Source: Haliotis cracherodii
Lineage: Eukaryota
Reading direction: 5' to 3'
DNA length: 64,000 nucleotides
Assembly (NCBI RefSeq): GCF_022045235.1
Contig: NW_027266270.1
Location: forward strand, 17,112,001 to 17,176,000
Position 1 is the first letter of the stretch, and each line of letters begins with the position of its first letter. The position numbers and the translations under genes were made by a program. Positions 40,501 through 55,403 of this stretch are shown in pieces. The notes beneath the pieces were generated by a model that ran no database searches, was not told the DNA's origin, and worked only from the letters and a program-made list of their open reading frames with translations.

Positions 40501-42690
40501 ACCACCACTGCCATCACCACAACCACACACACACCCCTCCCCCACTGCCATCACAAAAACCTCCACCACTGACATCACAACCACCACCACCACACCCCAT
40601 CCCACCACCACTGACATCACAACCACCACCACCACACCCCATCCCACTACCACTACCACACTCCGTCCCACCAGCAGTGCCACCACAACCACACACACAC
40701 CCCTCCCCCACTGCCATCACAAAAACCACCACCACCACCGCACCCCATCCCACTACCACCACCACACTCCATCCCACCACAACTGCCATCACCACCACCA
40801 CCACCACACCCCATCCCACCACCACTGCCATCACAACCACCACCACACCCCATCCCACCACCACCACCACACCCCATCCCACCACCACTGACATCACAAC
40901 CACCACCACCACCACACCCCATCCCACTACCACTACCACACCCCATCCCACCACCACTGCCATCACAACCACCACCACCACACCCCATCCCACCACAACT
41001 GCCATCACAACCACCACCACCACACCCCATCCCACTACCACTACCACACCCCATCCCACCACCACTGCCATCACAACCACCACCACCACACTCCATCCCA
41101 CTACCACCACCACACCCCATCCCACCACCACTGCCATCCCACCACCACCACCACACCCCATCCCACTACCACCACCACACCCCATCCCACCACAACTGCC
41201 ATCACAACCACCACCACCACACCCCATCCCACTACCACCACCACACCCCATCCCACTACCACCACCACACCCCATCCCACTACCACCACCACACTCCATC
41301 CCACCACCACTGCCATCACCACCACCACCACCACACCCCATCCCACCACAACTGCCATCACAACCACCACCACCACACCCCATCCCACTACCACCACCAC
41401 ACCCCATCCCACTACCACCACCACACTCCATCCCACCACAACTGCCATCACCACCACCACCACCACACCCCATCCCACCACAACTGCCATCACCACCACC
41501 ACCACCACACCCCATCCCACCACAACTGCCATCACAACCACCACCACCACACCCCATCCCACCACCACTGACATCACAACCACCACCACCACCACCACAC
41601 CCCATCCCACTACCACCACCACACCCCATCCCACCACAACTGCCATCACCACCACCACCACCACCACACTCCATCACGACTAGCGCTGCCATCACAACCA
41701 CCACCACACACAATCACGACTAGCGCTGCCATTAAAATCACCACCACCACCACCACTACTACCACACACCATCCCGACCACCACCACCACCACCACACAC
41801 CATCACGAGTAGCGCTGCCATTACAATCACCACCACCACCACCACCACTACCATCACAACCACCACCACTGCCATCACCACAACCACCACCACCGAACTC
41901 CATCACGACTAGCGCTGCCATCACAATCACCACCACCACCACCACACACCATCACGACTAGCGCTGCCATCACAATCACCACCACCACCACCACACACCA
42001 TCACGACTAGCGCTGCCATCACAATCACCACCACCACCACCACACACCATCACGACTAGCGCTGCCATCACAATCACCACCACCACCACCACTACCACAC
42101 CCCATCCCACCACCAGTACCACACTCCATCCCGACCAACACTGCCATCCCCCCCCCACCACCACCACCACCGCCACACCCCATCCCACTACCACACCCCA
42201 TCCCACCACCACACCCCATCCCACCACCACCCCCCCCCACCACCACCACCACCACCGCCGCCGCCACACACCATCCCATCACCACTACCACACCCCATTC
42301 CACCACCACTACCACACCCCATCCCACCACCACTACCATCACAACCACCACCACTGCCATCACAACTACCACCACCACACCCCATCCCACCACCACTACC
42401 ATCACAACCACCACCACTGCCATCACAACTACCACCACCACACCCCATCCCACCACCACTACCACACCCCATCCCACCACCACTACCACACCCCATCCCA
42501 CCACCACTACCACACCCCATTCCACCACCACTACCATCACAACCACCATCACTGCCATCACATCTACAACCACTACCACACCCCATCCCACCACCACTAC
42601 CACACCCCATCCCACCACCACTACCATCACCACTACACCCACACACACACCTCTTCCCACATCTCCAGCCTGACCCCACTGCACACACCC
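37520..42690. repeat. About 5.2-kb CAC/ACC-rich low-complexity satellite built from units such as ACACCCCATCCCACCACC and ACTGCCATCACAACC
   Basis: Directly visible; long ORFs in several frames on both strands are by-products. Confidence 0.93.
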
Positions 42691-43283
42691 CAAGAATTCA
42701 TTGAAAAAGCAGTTAATCGTTAGATCTTACCTCACACATCCCTTGACGTTGGTCACCAGGTCTGCCAGATCAACAACCTACCTCCCATATGTCTGACTTC
42801 CGAGACGAAAGTATAAATACTCATGCCATTAATAAATACGTAATGTGTTCTTTTCATTTCGAGACAGGGTTCCTTGTCAAATATCGTTGCAACTAGAACA
42901 TGAGGGGCTCCCCCGCTGATCTCATCAAAGTCTGATTCCTTAAACGAACGCACAAATCGATCGATATTGGTCAGCTTATTCTATAAAGACGAAAGCGCAT
43001 TTGCTTAAATGTAAATTCTGTCATTATCTGTCTGTATTAGCGGTGAACCGAACCTACATGCACCTCATTATCAGCCTTAAGCTTGACGCACTTTTATTTT
43101 ATCTTGGAAACGTAAGGTAATGAGCATGACGTTTTCTTTACATTTAAAGGCTCGCAGGCATCGTGCTGACTTTATTACTAAACCTGTTACATGAGTGTGG
43201 TATATCCCCTGGCACCAATGGTTACAAATGATGGATGCGCGTGCACTGGCTGCGAAGTTGCTGGTCATCAAAACAGCAGCGAA

Positions 43284-43395
43284 ATGAATTATTTGATGAA
43301 CATTTCTGAATGGGACAGACTGGTTTTGGAGAACAAAATTCGCCCTTTGACATCGGCTGGCTACCTCGGAACAGCCATATATCTTACTGTAATAG
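43284..43395 (+). CDS. Upstream duplicate of opsin coding exon 1 (MNYLMNISEWDRLVLENKIRPLTSAGYLGTAIYLTVI-G); possible alternative or original first exon
   Basis: Near-identical to 47338..47449, open frame, phase-1 GTAAGT donor compatible with the exon at 50866. Confidence 0.7.
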
Positions 43396-46054
43396 GTAAG
43401 TAGTTGATACACAATAATTTTGAATAGTTTCTTATACACATATTTAAGGATAGTTACATTTGTCAAAAGTTTAAGGAATTTAATCATTAATCAGGACACT
43501 GTCATTGTGTATTGAGGACACACTGCAGTCTTAAATTATTAAAGTATGCATGTATTAATAAGTAGTTATATTCATATTCTTATCCAGATCAAAATCGCAA
43601 TGACAGATCAATGTTCAGTCATCTCGTCTCATTCATCTTCAACCTTGACTGACAAAATCTAACTAGTATGTTTCAAACTTTTAAAATTGAGAATCATTAC
43701 AGGTCTCAATCAACTATAGAATTGTTTATATCAACTATATCTTCAGCTACTTTGCTTTGTACGGTTCCAAGTCTGGAAAACCTATTGATAGCTATATTCT
43801 TAAATGCTTTACGGGAGGTAGTTTTCGCCCCTTTCAGTTTGATATATATCCCAAACCCGAACAGCACATGATTTGGATGAGAATACAATTGTTATAACAG
43901 AGATTGTCATGGTACATACTACATGAGGATAGTGTATACCTTTCTTGGAATAAGACCTTCGCGCATTGCAATAAGTTTCAACTAAGATTGTAAAACTTAT
44001 CACAAAGACGACGTATATAAAGCTTATATGTTGCACTTTCACCATTAACTGTAGCATTAGGTGTCTGGAGACATGTCTCTAGTTGACATATACTGGGTCA
44101 GGACAAGCTTACTCTTGTCGCGAACACCTGGTCTCAACACTGATTATCAGTAATCCATTCTTATAAATTTCACCGCTCTTTTGCCTTTTGCGCCTTTGCA
44201 GATAATCGAGACTGGTTATTCTCTGGCGTTGACGTTTTATGTTTAGTTGCCACCAAATCTCCCTTTCTATTTTTCAAGTCTCAAATCTCCGAACCATATA
44301 GAAATATGGGTTGAACCATGATCCATACTTTCCTGTTTTTCAATGAGAACAATTTACTTGCCTTTGCATGTATTTATGACGGGGCCTTCGGTGGGGCAGG
44401 ATATGCTCATCTTTTCACGAACGCCTGGTATCATGACTATTTGATAGTGATAATAAACACATGCACATGATAGAGTGAGAATCTTACAATGAAATTTGAT
44501 ATTAGTGGAGAAAGTTATTATGATAATGGAAATGTAGCTTTTATTTGTATTTGGGTGTCACATATTTTAAAAGAAAAAACGTGAAGCTTGACTGTCTCAG
44601 TCTCCCAACGAAACAGATTTCATTGTGCCTATAAGGAAAAATAGCGGTGAAAATAATATGAATGGATCACTAAAAATAAATGGAGACAGCAGGTGTTCGC
44701 GAAAAGGGCAAGCATGTCTACAGCTCTTTTCTGTCTGAGTGTAACCATTATTTGCTTAGAGTTTTAAGCTTGTGTTACTGGTGGCAAACTTAGGACATAG
44801 CTTACATAGTCAGCTGAAGTTCACACAGGTTGGAAACTGAGGCTAGGAGAAAACCGAACACATTACAGTAATTACTTATGCTTCTGAAATGGAGACATCA
44901 ATCAATTTAAATGTCACGCTAAATGTAGCGACAACAACAAAGTAATAAGATTATCGAAGTCTTAATAATCGCGATGGAAGAGAGGGTATAGAGTGAAGTA
45001 GATCAAAGTGGGTAAAGCGTTAGCTCGACATGTCGAAGGTCCGACTTCGATTCCCCACGTGGGTATAAATTGTAATGTCCCCCACCGTTATTTTGTTAAA
45101 ATCGGCATAAAACCATAATCACTCATTTGCTTTGTGTGAGACTGTAAACATAGCTATGTATTAGATTATTGAAATAGGAATAGTGTCGGTGGTTATATTT
45201 TTGTAATCGACTTTTTTTCAAAAAGGAAACAGTTAGTCTACATGTTTGTTTATCTGTTTGTTGTTTAACGCCGCACTCAGCAATATTCCAGCTATATGAC
45301 GACGGTCAGACTCTGAAAAAAATCCGGCCCTTTATCTTATTCCCTTTTCTATTCCAGGTATATTAATAAGTCGCTAATTGGATACATAACGGTATTTAGT
45401 TAGTGTTAAATTCTACACGGCTGCGTTTCTTTTCTTCTTGTGTGACAAAAGCATCAGTTACTGTTTCTGTTATGGTGATCCAGATTGCATCAAATTTGCC
45501 TCCTTGTAAACAAGTGCTAAAAGTATACTCTAACAGAAATTATCTCGGTTTATGTATCATATTTATCATATTTTTATCGATGCCCAGAAGAAGCATTCCC
45601 TCAAAGAAATAGCTACCCATCTGCAGTAAACACGTTACAGTCAGACCGTAAAAAAAATAAGTGACTAAACCTTTCAGTCATTTAGTGAACTGACTGAAAT
45701 AACATTATCCATCTCAGATCAAACAACACACGCTAATTACTTTAATTAGCTGTAGATTGTTAATTAGTCTGGGCCATAAGCATGAACCGGCTTCGTCTAT
45801 TTCCTTCAAAACAGATAGACCAGGTATGGTCAGATATTATGACAGGTGGTGAGGGAATTATTCTTCTTGTGCCAACCTCCAGTGTTGTTGTTGGTTCTGT
45901 GTCCTTCATTGGCATAATATAAACTTTTTAAATCTTCAAAACAAGTGCTCTACTTGCAAAACTCCACACTCCAAATCTTAGCTATGTTCATCCGTACTTC
46001 CAAGTAAACGTCTCCGCGGTCTTAGTTACTTAATTCACTAACGGTTCTTAAATG

Positions 46055-46300
46055 AAAAAACTGTAATTAATCTTATCCCATTACTAAGCGTTTGAATGTG
46101 TTATCTGCTATAAATATCAATATTTTCAAACTATCTTAGTTCAGTTACATTTCTTAATAGAAAAAAACTGTGATTAATCTTATCCCATTACTAAGCGTTT
46201 GAATCTGTTATCTGATATAAATATCAATATTATCAAACTACCTTAGTTCAGTTACATTTATAATAGAAAAAAAACTTTAATTAATCTTATCCCATTACTA
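46055..46300. repeat. 107-bp tandem repeat, about 2.3 copies
   Basis: Units recur at 46061, 46168, 46275. Confidence 0.8.
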
Positions 46301-46429
46301 CTTATTAGAATAAATACATTGCTATTGATCTCTTTATTGGTGTTCTCAAGATGTCCAATCCAAAACACCCTAGGCTCAGTGACAGTCTCTGCCAACCAGA
46401 TTATAAGTGTCAGTGACTGCATGGATTGC

Positions 46430-46587
46430 AGGGGTAGCCCAGTGGTTAAAGCGTTCGCTCGTCACGCCGAAGACCCGGGTTCGATTCCCGACATTGACAC
46501 AATGTGTGAAGCCCATTTCTGGTGTCCCCTGTCGTGATATTACTGGAATATTCCTAAAAGCGGCGTAAAACCATACTCACTCACTCA
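46430..46587 (+). mobile_element. SINE family 1 copy
   Basis: Consensus match. Confidence 0.8.
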
Positions 46588-47337
46588 TGGATTACACTGA
46601 GCCTAGAGAAACCACTCATTCATGGTTAGACAACCGAGGCATTGTTAGATCACCAGGGTTGTAATTCTTTTCACGTGGCTGTATGATCTACACGTCACTG
46701 CGAACACCATAATTTTGTCCATTATACACACGATTCGTTATGAGAAATACACATTAACTGATATTGATACAGCACTGACCCAGTCTGACATAGACGGCGC
46801 ATATGAAACTTGGTGTGACATAGTAAAGTCCTAGTGTGAGATATTTGATAAACTCACCCCCAAAACGGTAACAAAATTGTTTCTTACTACAATATGTGAC
46901 ATATACAAAATAACATTATTGACAACATTTCGAGACAGGGTTCCTTGTCAGAACATAATGCTCCCCCGCTGATCTCATCAAAGACTGATTCCTTAAACGA
47001 ACGCACAAATCGATCGATATTGGTCAGCTTATGTCCATAAAGACGAAAGCGCATTTGCTTAAATGTAAATTCTGTCATTATCTGTCTGTGTTAGCGGTGA
47101 ACCGAACCTACATGCACCTCATTATCAGCCTTAAGCTTGACGCACTTTTATTTTATCTTGGAAACGTAAGGTAATGAGCATGACGTTTTCTTTACATTTA
47201 AAGGCTCGCAGGCATCGTGCTGACTTTATTACTAAACCTGTTACATGAGTGTGGTATATCCCCTGGCACCAATGGTTACAAATGATGGATGCGCGTGCAC
47301 TGACTGCGAAGTTGCTGGTCATCAAAACAGCAGCGAA

Positions 47338-50300
47338 ATGAATTATTCGATGAACATTTCTGAATGGGACAGACTGATTTTGGAGAACAAAATTCGCCCT
47401 TTGACGTCGGCTGGCTACCTCGGAATAGCCATATATCTTACTGTAATAGGTAAGTAGTTGATACACAATAATTTTGAATAGTTTTCTATACACATATTTA
47501 AGGACAGTTAAATTTGTAAAAAGTTTAAGGAATTTAATCATTTTAGGATAACATTATTGACAACACACTAAATTAAAAGCTAATTAACAAATCATGACCA
47601 ATATATACATAACTACTCCCTACTACAACAATAATAAAAAGAGACGATACAAAAAGCCTTGGTGGAATGGACATTGGGCTGAGTTATGAAAAATATGTGA
47701 GTGGCCGAAAAGAACTGGTTAAAAGAGTGGCGTCCATAAAAAAGTTTAAACCTCTATATGTAACAAAACGAAAGGGTTTCGATAGGTGTGTTCATTTACT
47801 GTTCAACGTTGTAAACGGCAACATGTAGATAAAGTGCAGACAGATATTACTGAGGCCGCTAATGGAGACTGTCATTAATTTCTGGAAAGCTATAGGTTAA
47901 GTTCGAGTTGGTAGTGAGCGGTGCAGGGCCGTACCTATGGAGATTATATTACCTGATGGTACTGCCTCTACTTCCTATTCAGAAGTTACGGATAAATGAG
48001 GAGGACATAACAAGTGATGACTTGTACACGGCAATGTCAAAGGTCAAAAATGGGAAAGCCACGGGACCCGATGACATTACTATTAAGTTTTAAGGAATAA
48101 TAACACTGTGCTGTTCTTGTGAAATTGTTTAATATATGTTACAGTACACAGAAGATCCAGGAAATGTTTCCAAGAGCATAATTAATCCCATACTGAAATC
48201 TAACACCTCATACCCTAGAGATCCCCTCTCATAAAGGGGGATGTTTAGTTTCGGTGTTAAAATTGTACTGTAATGTCCGAATAACAGATTAACATTTTGG
48301 GCGGAAAACACAGGTTTTATTGCGGAAGAACAAAATGGCTTTAGAAAGGGTAGGAACATTATAAACCAAGTAAGCATAAGATATATGGATGAACAACTTT
48401 ACCATTTAGGAGCGACGTTTCGGTATAGGTTCTGACACTGTTATCAAGGAGGTGACGAGTTGATGGTACAGGGGCTATGTAATCGCCTTGATCACGGCTG
48501 GGATTGTCACGGAAGTGGTCCGATAGTTCCAGCATCTAAGGGGACAAAATCAAAGCCCTCATGGCCAACCTCAAAGTCTTCAAGTTAAAAACAACTACAA
48601 GAAGACTCAAACCTTCTATGAACCGTGATCAAGGCTATTACATACCCCCGGCGTACCATCAACTCATCAAAGACCCTAATCAGTCATGATTCTTTTGTTG
48701 ATACTGCTGGCTTCACCTGTTAAGATGTGTACCTTATCTACCCCTTTTGTGTACATAACAGGCTTCTCCACTCCAGTGTAGCTACATCCCAATCTATTGA
48801 ACTGTAAACACTGCCTCATACCTGTATATATGCTTGTCAACTGTCCCAACACTTGCTTGATAAAGGTGTCTGAACCCAACCAACTAAAACCACACAATCC
48901 TTCCGACTCCCAAACAACCAATCAATATTCACGGCAGAACTAATGGGCATGGCCTCAGCCCTCCATAATCAAGAATCCAAAAAACAAAACAAAATCCTAA
49001 TACTTACCGACTCCCTAAGCGGACTGCAAGCCCTCCAAAACAAAAATACCCAAAACCGATCTAAATTAATAAATCAAATACTTAAAAGCTCCAACGACCT
49101 AACTAAGGCAGGCAAACAAATAACCTTCTTGTGGATACCCGCCCACGTAGGAATATACGGTAATGAAAACGCCGATAAAGCAGCTAAACTATCCCTCAAA
49201 ATCCCAGAAATAAGCTTAAACTTACCAAACTCAAAATCAGAAATTAAAAGCGTAAACAAGCAAAAAATCACCAAAAAAATGGCATAACCTTTATCTAAAC
49301 TCAAATAGCCAAATCAAAAAAGTACTGAGCAAACCACTAACCAAACCAAAAGTTCTCCATCCATCAAAAAAAATCGACAGAGTAATCACTAAACTCCAAA
49401 CAGGACACACCAACCTAAATAACCATCTAAACAAAAATTAAAAAAAACATACTAAAGGTAACTGCCCACACTGCAAACAACTAGAAACCCCAGAACACGC
49501 ACTCATCCACTGCACACACTACCTAACACATCGAACCGCATTACAAACCACCCTCAATCTAAACAAGGCTCTCACTCTAGAAGCAATACTAAACCCACAA
49601 AATAAACTAGAAAACTTCAAGGCCTTAGGCGTATTCTTAATCAAAACGGAACTAATAAAACGCATCTAAAAACACTATAATCTACTAAATCAAAATTACA
49701 TAAACAAACAAACATCCACCATACCCAGCTCCCTTAGTTCTCCTCCCCAACCCCATCGGCATCTATTCGGAGTTCTGTTTGAATCATAAAATTTGTGAAA
49801 AATGTGATATTCTTGTGTGTCTTTTGAAATCAACTGTGAATGATGTATGGAAAATATGGGCGTATCGACAGTCCGTTTCTTGGTATCGTTTATTTAAAAC
49901 AAAATATGGAAAACTACGTAAAAGCTTTAATGCCTGGTTTAGAAGCGCCCTTTCTCAATTTAGGTGCGGTGTTGCTCCCATTCGAATTGAAACTGGGCAA
50001 TATGATAATCTTCCTGTCCATCAATGTATATGCCCCTATTGTAATAACACTGTGATAGCTATATATATAGAAAACGAAGTCCATGTTTTATCGAATGAGC
50101 CTGTTTACGATGACTTACGTTTTAATCTTTTGCAAACTGCATGTTATTGAAATAGTTCATTTAAAAAATATAGAAAGCTAGAGCAGCTATGCTTTTTATT
50201 GTCCAGTGAGTATAAGCCAAAAAATCTGCTTTCATATTCTACAGCGACGGAGGAACATGTTTTGTCAGTGACAGTAACAGTATTTGTACATGGATTATAT

Positions 50301-53300
50301 ATTATCTTTTACAACACTCTCATAATTCCATAAGGAATGGCCCAAGTATTATCATTCAAAGCTATCATTCTAATGTAATACTGTGTATAGTACACTGTGT
50401 ACATCGGTGTGAGATTATAATAAATAATTTATCTGCTATCAACCAAATCACCGAACCTGACCACCTGATCCATTAAACCGCCTCCTGACCCCTGACTTTT
50501 GACCGGTCTGTTTGATGGTTGTGGAGGTTCTTAAACTTAACTGGAATGTCATTCTTAGTGACCAGAGTAGATGGACACCCAATGGTATGATGTAGACTCT
50601 TCCAATATGCACTAATAACACAACTTGATTGGTGATCAAAACCTTTCAAGGGGATAGGCGTTCACTCAAAATTCAACTGTCAAATGTTAACTTCAGCTTC
50701 TAAGCTTTTGGGCTAACTAGTTACCTTTCTGGAACAGACTATAATCCCCCAGCCCCATGCCCTTAATCCTCCCGGATTTCAGTTTGGAGCTAACAAGGAA
50801 GATCCCGTTCTAATTGGGAATCCACACCGGACTTAAAAGGCAATCTACCACCTTTCTGTTTTCAGGATTAATTGCAACAATCGGCAACGTCTTAGTGCTG
50901 GTTGTGTTCTACAAGCATAAGAAGCTGAGGAAGAATCCCCACAACCAGCTGCTTCTGAACCTCGTTATCTCCGACCTAGGCATCTCTCTGTTTGGCTACC
51001 CGCTGACAACATCGTCTAATTATGCTGGCAGATACCTGTTTGGGAAAGTTGGTTGCGTCATACAAGGCTTCTTGACTTTCACCCTGGCACAGACCGACAT
51101 GAATACACTGGCTTGTTTGAGTGTCTATCGTTTCATTGCAGTGTGTATGCCGGGGGATGGTAAGAGTTTGTCTTAAAGCCCTTAAAACACGTGGTAAATA
51201 TATATTACCCAAAACAAATTAAACAACACCAACTATTGGAAGACTGTGTTGCAATACCACCAGCCATGAAAGATTAACTAAAGTCTTATGAAAACGATCG
51301 GGTGTTCTTTAACTTCTTAAAGTAGTATACATGTATATTAATTTTGTTAACATTACATTAGTAAGTCTGCATTCAGCTTAACATAGGCTAGAGATATACT
51401 GGAGTCTAGTTAATCGGCATTTTCTTTTTACGACACTTTTAAATATACACAACGTTTGTTTAGGAAACGGTGCAACCTCGTCCATCCGGATTTTTTGCAT
51501 ATGTTCAAAATCTGTCCGTTGTTAAAGTGATCACGTACCAGGCAGACCGACTGCAAATGTGGGTATCATTTCGAAGATGCTTTCCATTTTCTGCTTACCT
51601 GCGGAAACCACGCAAATATTAGAAATAACATGTATTTTACACCTATGGATAACAACAGATGACAACAGTTTTATACGACAGATCTTCATTCAGCGGTGCA
51701 AACGACATTGAAATTCTTAAATCAGTCCACGATTTTACTGTAAAAAGTAACAGATTTGAATAGTAATTATAATAATCTGAATACATTTTTGATAAAATAT
51801 TGAAATTGAGATACTTCATGCCTTTAACTCAGACACGACCAGCTCTCACTTACGGTTACAGCTTAATTTATGTTTTGTACATAGATATTCAACATGACCA
51901 TATTTATATAATGTCACCAACTGTATTCTGTATTTCCTGGCGCGGTATTTATATAAGTAATGTTTTGCATGTTTACTGATCCAGATTTCATTTAAGAAAT
52001 AAAAATATGAACACAATGTCATTTAGAAAGTGGTCAAATGTAACAAATGTTTTTATCTGGGATAACACTTTAAGTGCCTCACTCTGGCGGCGTGGGTTCG
52101 AATCCCGGATGGGACTCAACCCCCCAAAAGTACGAGAATCTGTACTTTTACAAAGAAAGTGTTATCCCAATTATAATTTTTTTTACATTTGACCACTTGC
52201 TAAATGGAATTGTGTGTTCATATTTTTCAGCAATGTTAGCCGGGCCAATTTACACTTGTCAGAGTGTCGTACTTTCATTTTTGTGGAAGCCTCGGTGGTA
52301 TAGGGGAGGTTTGCTCGGGTCCAGAATCAAGTGGATAAAGGTGGTTCTGGTGAGACTGGAAGACGTTTGACCGATGTTTTATTAGGAGGGAACAACAGGG
52401 ACATATGAGGAGCGTCTCAAAATTAAAAATAAATTGACCCATCCGAAGTTGGTCTTTCAGGAGTTGGAATTTAGCCTCTCCATGTCAGTTTTTCTTCCAC
52501 TTTGGGGCCCGCTTGCCGCCTACCTCACATTGCACGTGTAGTGTTGCGTTGGTCCAAATTCTGACTTTTATAACATTTCAACCAAATTCATATTCACAAG
52601 AAATAAAGAAAGACATTTTATTAGAGTGTTTCATCATAAACTACAATTTGCACAACACCCGAAACATTTAAAAAAAATATATAATCATAAATGGTTACCC
52701 TGAGCTGTCATTGACTGTCGATAACGGGCGACGCAGATCTTGATCAGTAATTGCCAAGATGTCTATGCATGTTTGGTTTTGTTACATCTGTAGCTGAAAC
52801 TTTCGAAGCACAATATTTTGCCTCCACGATATAAAGGCATAATACTGCAAGTGATGATAACAAATCCGAATTACCAAGACGTAAGAAACAGTGCGCCAAT
52901 GTATCTTTACCAGTGTTTTATGAACATTTGAAAAATGCAAGTCTTTGAAGGGCATTTAGAAATGATCCACATACGGAAGAGAATACTATAAGCGCTAATT
53001 TACTGTTAAGTGTTGGCTTCGACCAATCATTGCTAATTACGTATCAGTGCCAATTATCCCCGTGAAGATCCGGATTAGAATAGGTCTTCAGCTTGCTTTA
53101 AAAGGCGACTAACGGGATCGGGATTGGTTGATGCATGTCATCGATCCCAATTGCGTCGACACCCACTCACAATAAAGTCACACAGCAATTCAAAATCAAC
53201 ACCTCAACACTATGTATCTATCTATGTATTAGTACAAATGCCATTTCTAATTTGTGTTACAAAATACAAATTCAAGCCTGGAATCAGTGACACCTCCATG

Positions 53301-55371
53301 TTTAACTTCAGTTCACCGCCTAACCCGTTCTGTGACCATCAAAGTGATAATATTCCTGTGGGTGTATTCCCTTTTATGGACCGTCCCTCCGCTTCTGGGC
53401 TGGAGCGCCTATACCTACGAACCCTTCGGGACCTCCTGCAGCATAGACTGGGACGACGAGGACTCTGGAGCTGTCGCTTACACATGGTGCCTTATTGTCT
53501 ACTGCTACCTCCTCCACATCATCATCATAGCCTACTGCTACTACAAGATCGCCATGAAGGCCAAGGAGGTCCACTCAAGGCTCAAGCATTTTACCATTGG
53601 GGGAATATGCAACTCCGATTCCATGTGCCTGCGACGTGTTCAAATGGAGCGGAAATCAAGCCTTGTAAGTTCATTCATTCATTCATTCATTCATTCATAA
53701 AAAAAACTGCCTTTTTATAACACTCTGCTAGTTGCGCATGTACAGTAACTGTACACGTCACTTCTGTGTTCACGAATGGCCTAGTCGTCTTAGGCGCCGC
53801 ATTAAACTATGCAGGAATCAGAAACCCATGATCGAATCCCGGGCCCCGATTGTATTTCTTGGTTTGTCAGCACCACTCACTCACTCGCTCGCTCNNNNNN
53901 NNNNNNNNNNNNNNNNNNNNNNNNNNNNNNNNNNNNNNNNNNNNNNNNNNNNNNNNNNNNNNNNNNNNNNNNNNNNNNNNNNNNNNNNNNNNNNNNNNNN
54001 NNNNNNNNNNNNNNNNNNNNNNNNNNNNNNNNNNNNNNNNNNNNNNNNNNNNNNNNNNNNNNNNNNNNNNNNNNNNNNNNNNNNNNNNNNNNNNNNNNAC
54101 ACAATACAAGGGTTGATATAAAAACAAGTTCAATGAAACGGTCAGTTTGTTAAATGTATGGGTGTGTAAAAAATTACAAGTAAAGTCTTTGTTCGTCAAA
54201 TAATATTGAAAATTCAATAATTTCCCCAAAATATGTAATCAACGCAGGCATGTTTAAAACAATATGAACCAAATTGATTTCAATTCATTACCTGTTTTAC
54301 ATCTTAAACCATGATTTTGACTACTATGCGATTCCCTCCCGTACATACTGAATTTGATAAACAATATCTTTCCCCAGTAAATGAGCACAGTTGCCTGTTC
54401 AGGCCGAAACTAATAAAATCCGTATTAAATAATAAAAATGCTTGTACTGTCAATTCAATTATTCATGTGAAAGTCATGTTCCAAAAACGAATTATTACAA
54501 ACAATTGACAAAATTAGAAATGCATGGATTTTCTTTAAAATTCCCCAAATAAACCACGGAGGCAGAATAACCTGCTTGGAATTTTTAGTTTAATTAAGCA
54601 TACGTGCGTCTACGACTGTCATAACTTTACGATATGTTTGTTTCTATTGTTAAACGTCGCCCCCGCAATATTCGGTTACATCTTGATCGGTCGAATGTCA
54701 AGACTGAATTTGATCTGATCGGTCAAAACCCGCTTGAGCGTATTCCACCCTGATCGGTCGAATGTCAAGACTGAGTTTGATCTGATCGGTCAAAACCCGC
54801 TTGAGTGTATTCCATCCTGATTGGTCGAATGTCAAGACTGAATTTGATCTGATCGGTCAAAACCCGCTTGAGCGTATTCCACCCTGATCGGTCGAATGTC
54901 AAGACTGAATTTGATCTGATCGGTCAAAACCCGGTTGAGTGTATTCCACCCTGATCGGTCGAATCGGTGTGGCTGACCAGGCTTGACGGCCTCCAGGGCC
55001 CACTTGCACAAAGCGATCTTAGCGCTACAACTATTGTAAGCCTACAATGTATGTTAAAGTATGGGAGTTACGATCATCATATTCTTCATATCTCAGTGCT
55101 CCCTAAGTGAAAAAAATCAATTTAAATAAATTAAATATGAATAGGTGGCCGAAGTCGTATTATGTGATGGTTTATATTTGTTATATTTGTTTGTATGTTT
55201 TTGAAGGAGAATACCCCAATTTCTTGTTTTCATATAATTCTACGTGAGTAGAGGCAGATGGTTTGATGCCCCGCGCTATTGTATTTCCTGGTTTTATTAA
55301 GATGCGTCTTACGTTTCAACATTAGGTTGAAGCGGTCGTTAAACTCCAAACTACTACAACTACTACTACTA

Positions 55372-55403
<32 letters not shown>

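Larger units (their letters stand above)
46640..50430 (+). mobile_element. Old, fragmented LINE ORF2 carrying nested insertions
   Basis: KKPWWN, KVKNGKATGPDDI, EEQNGFRKGR and FRCGVAPIRIETGQY motifs in order, many stops. Confidence 0.7.

Noticed and set aside
38016-41723. Mucin-like, Gly/Cys-rich and poly-Val ORFs of 350-770 aa
   Set aside because: All lie in the CAC satellite, are open in several frames on both strands, drift between frames, and lack a signal peptide or clear splice context
43077-43487. 136-aa minus-strand ORF repeated at 47131..47541
   Set aside because: Antisense shadow of the duplicated opsin exon-1 block; conservation is explained by recent duplication
27504-47338. Functional link between the A/B cluster and the opsin
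   Set aside because: Only proximity, across more than 15 kb of repeats; no shared elements seen
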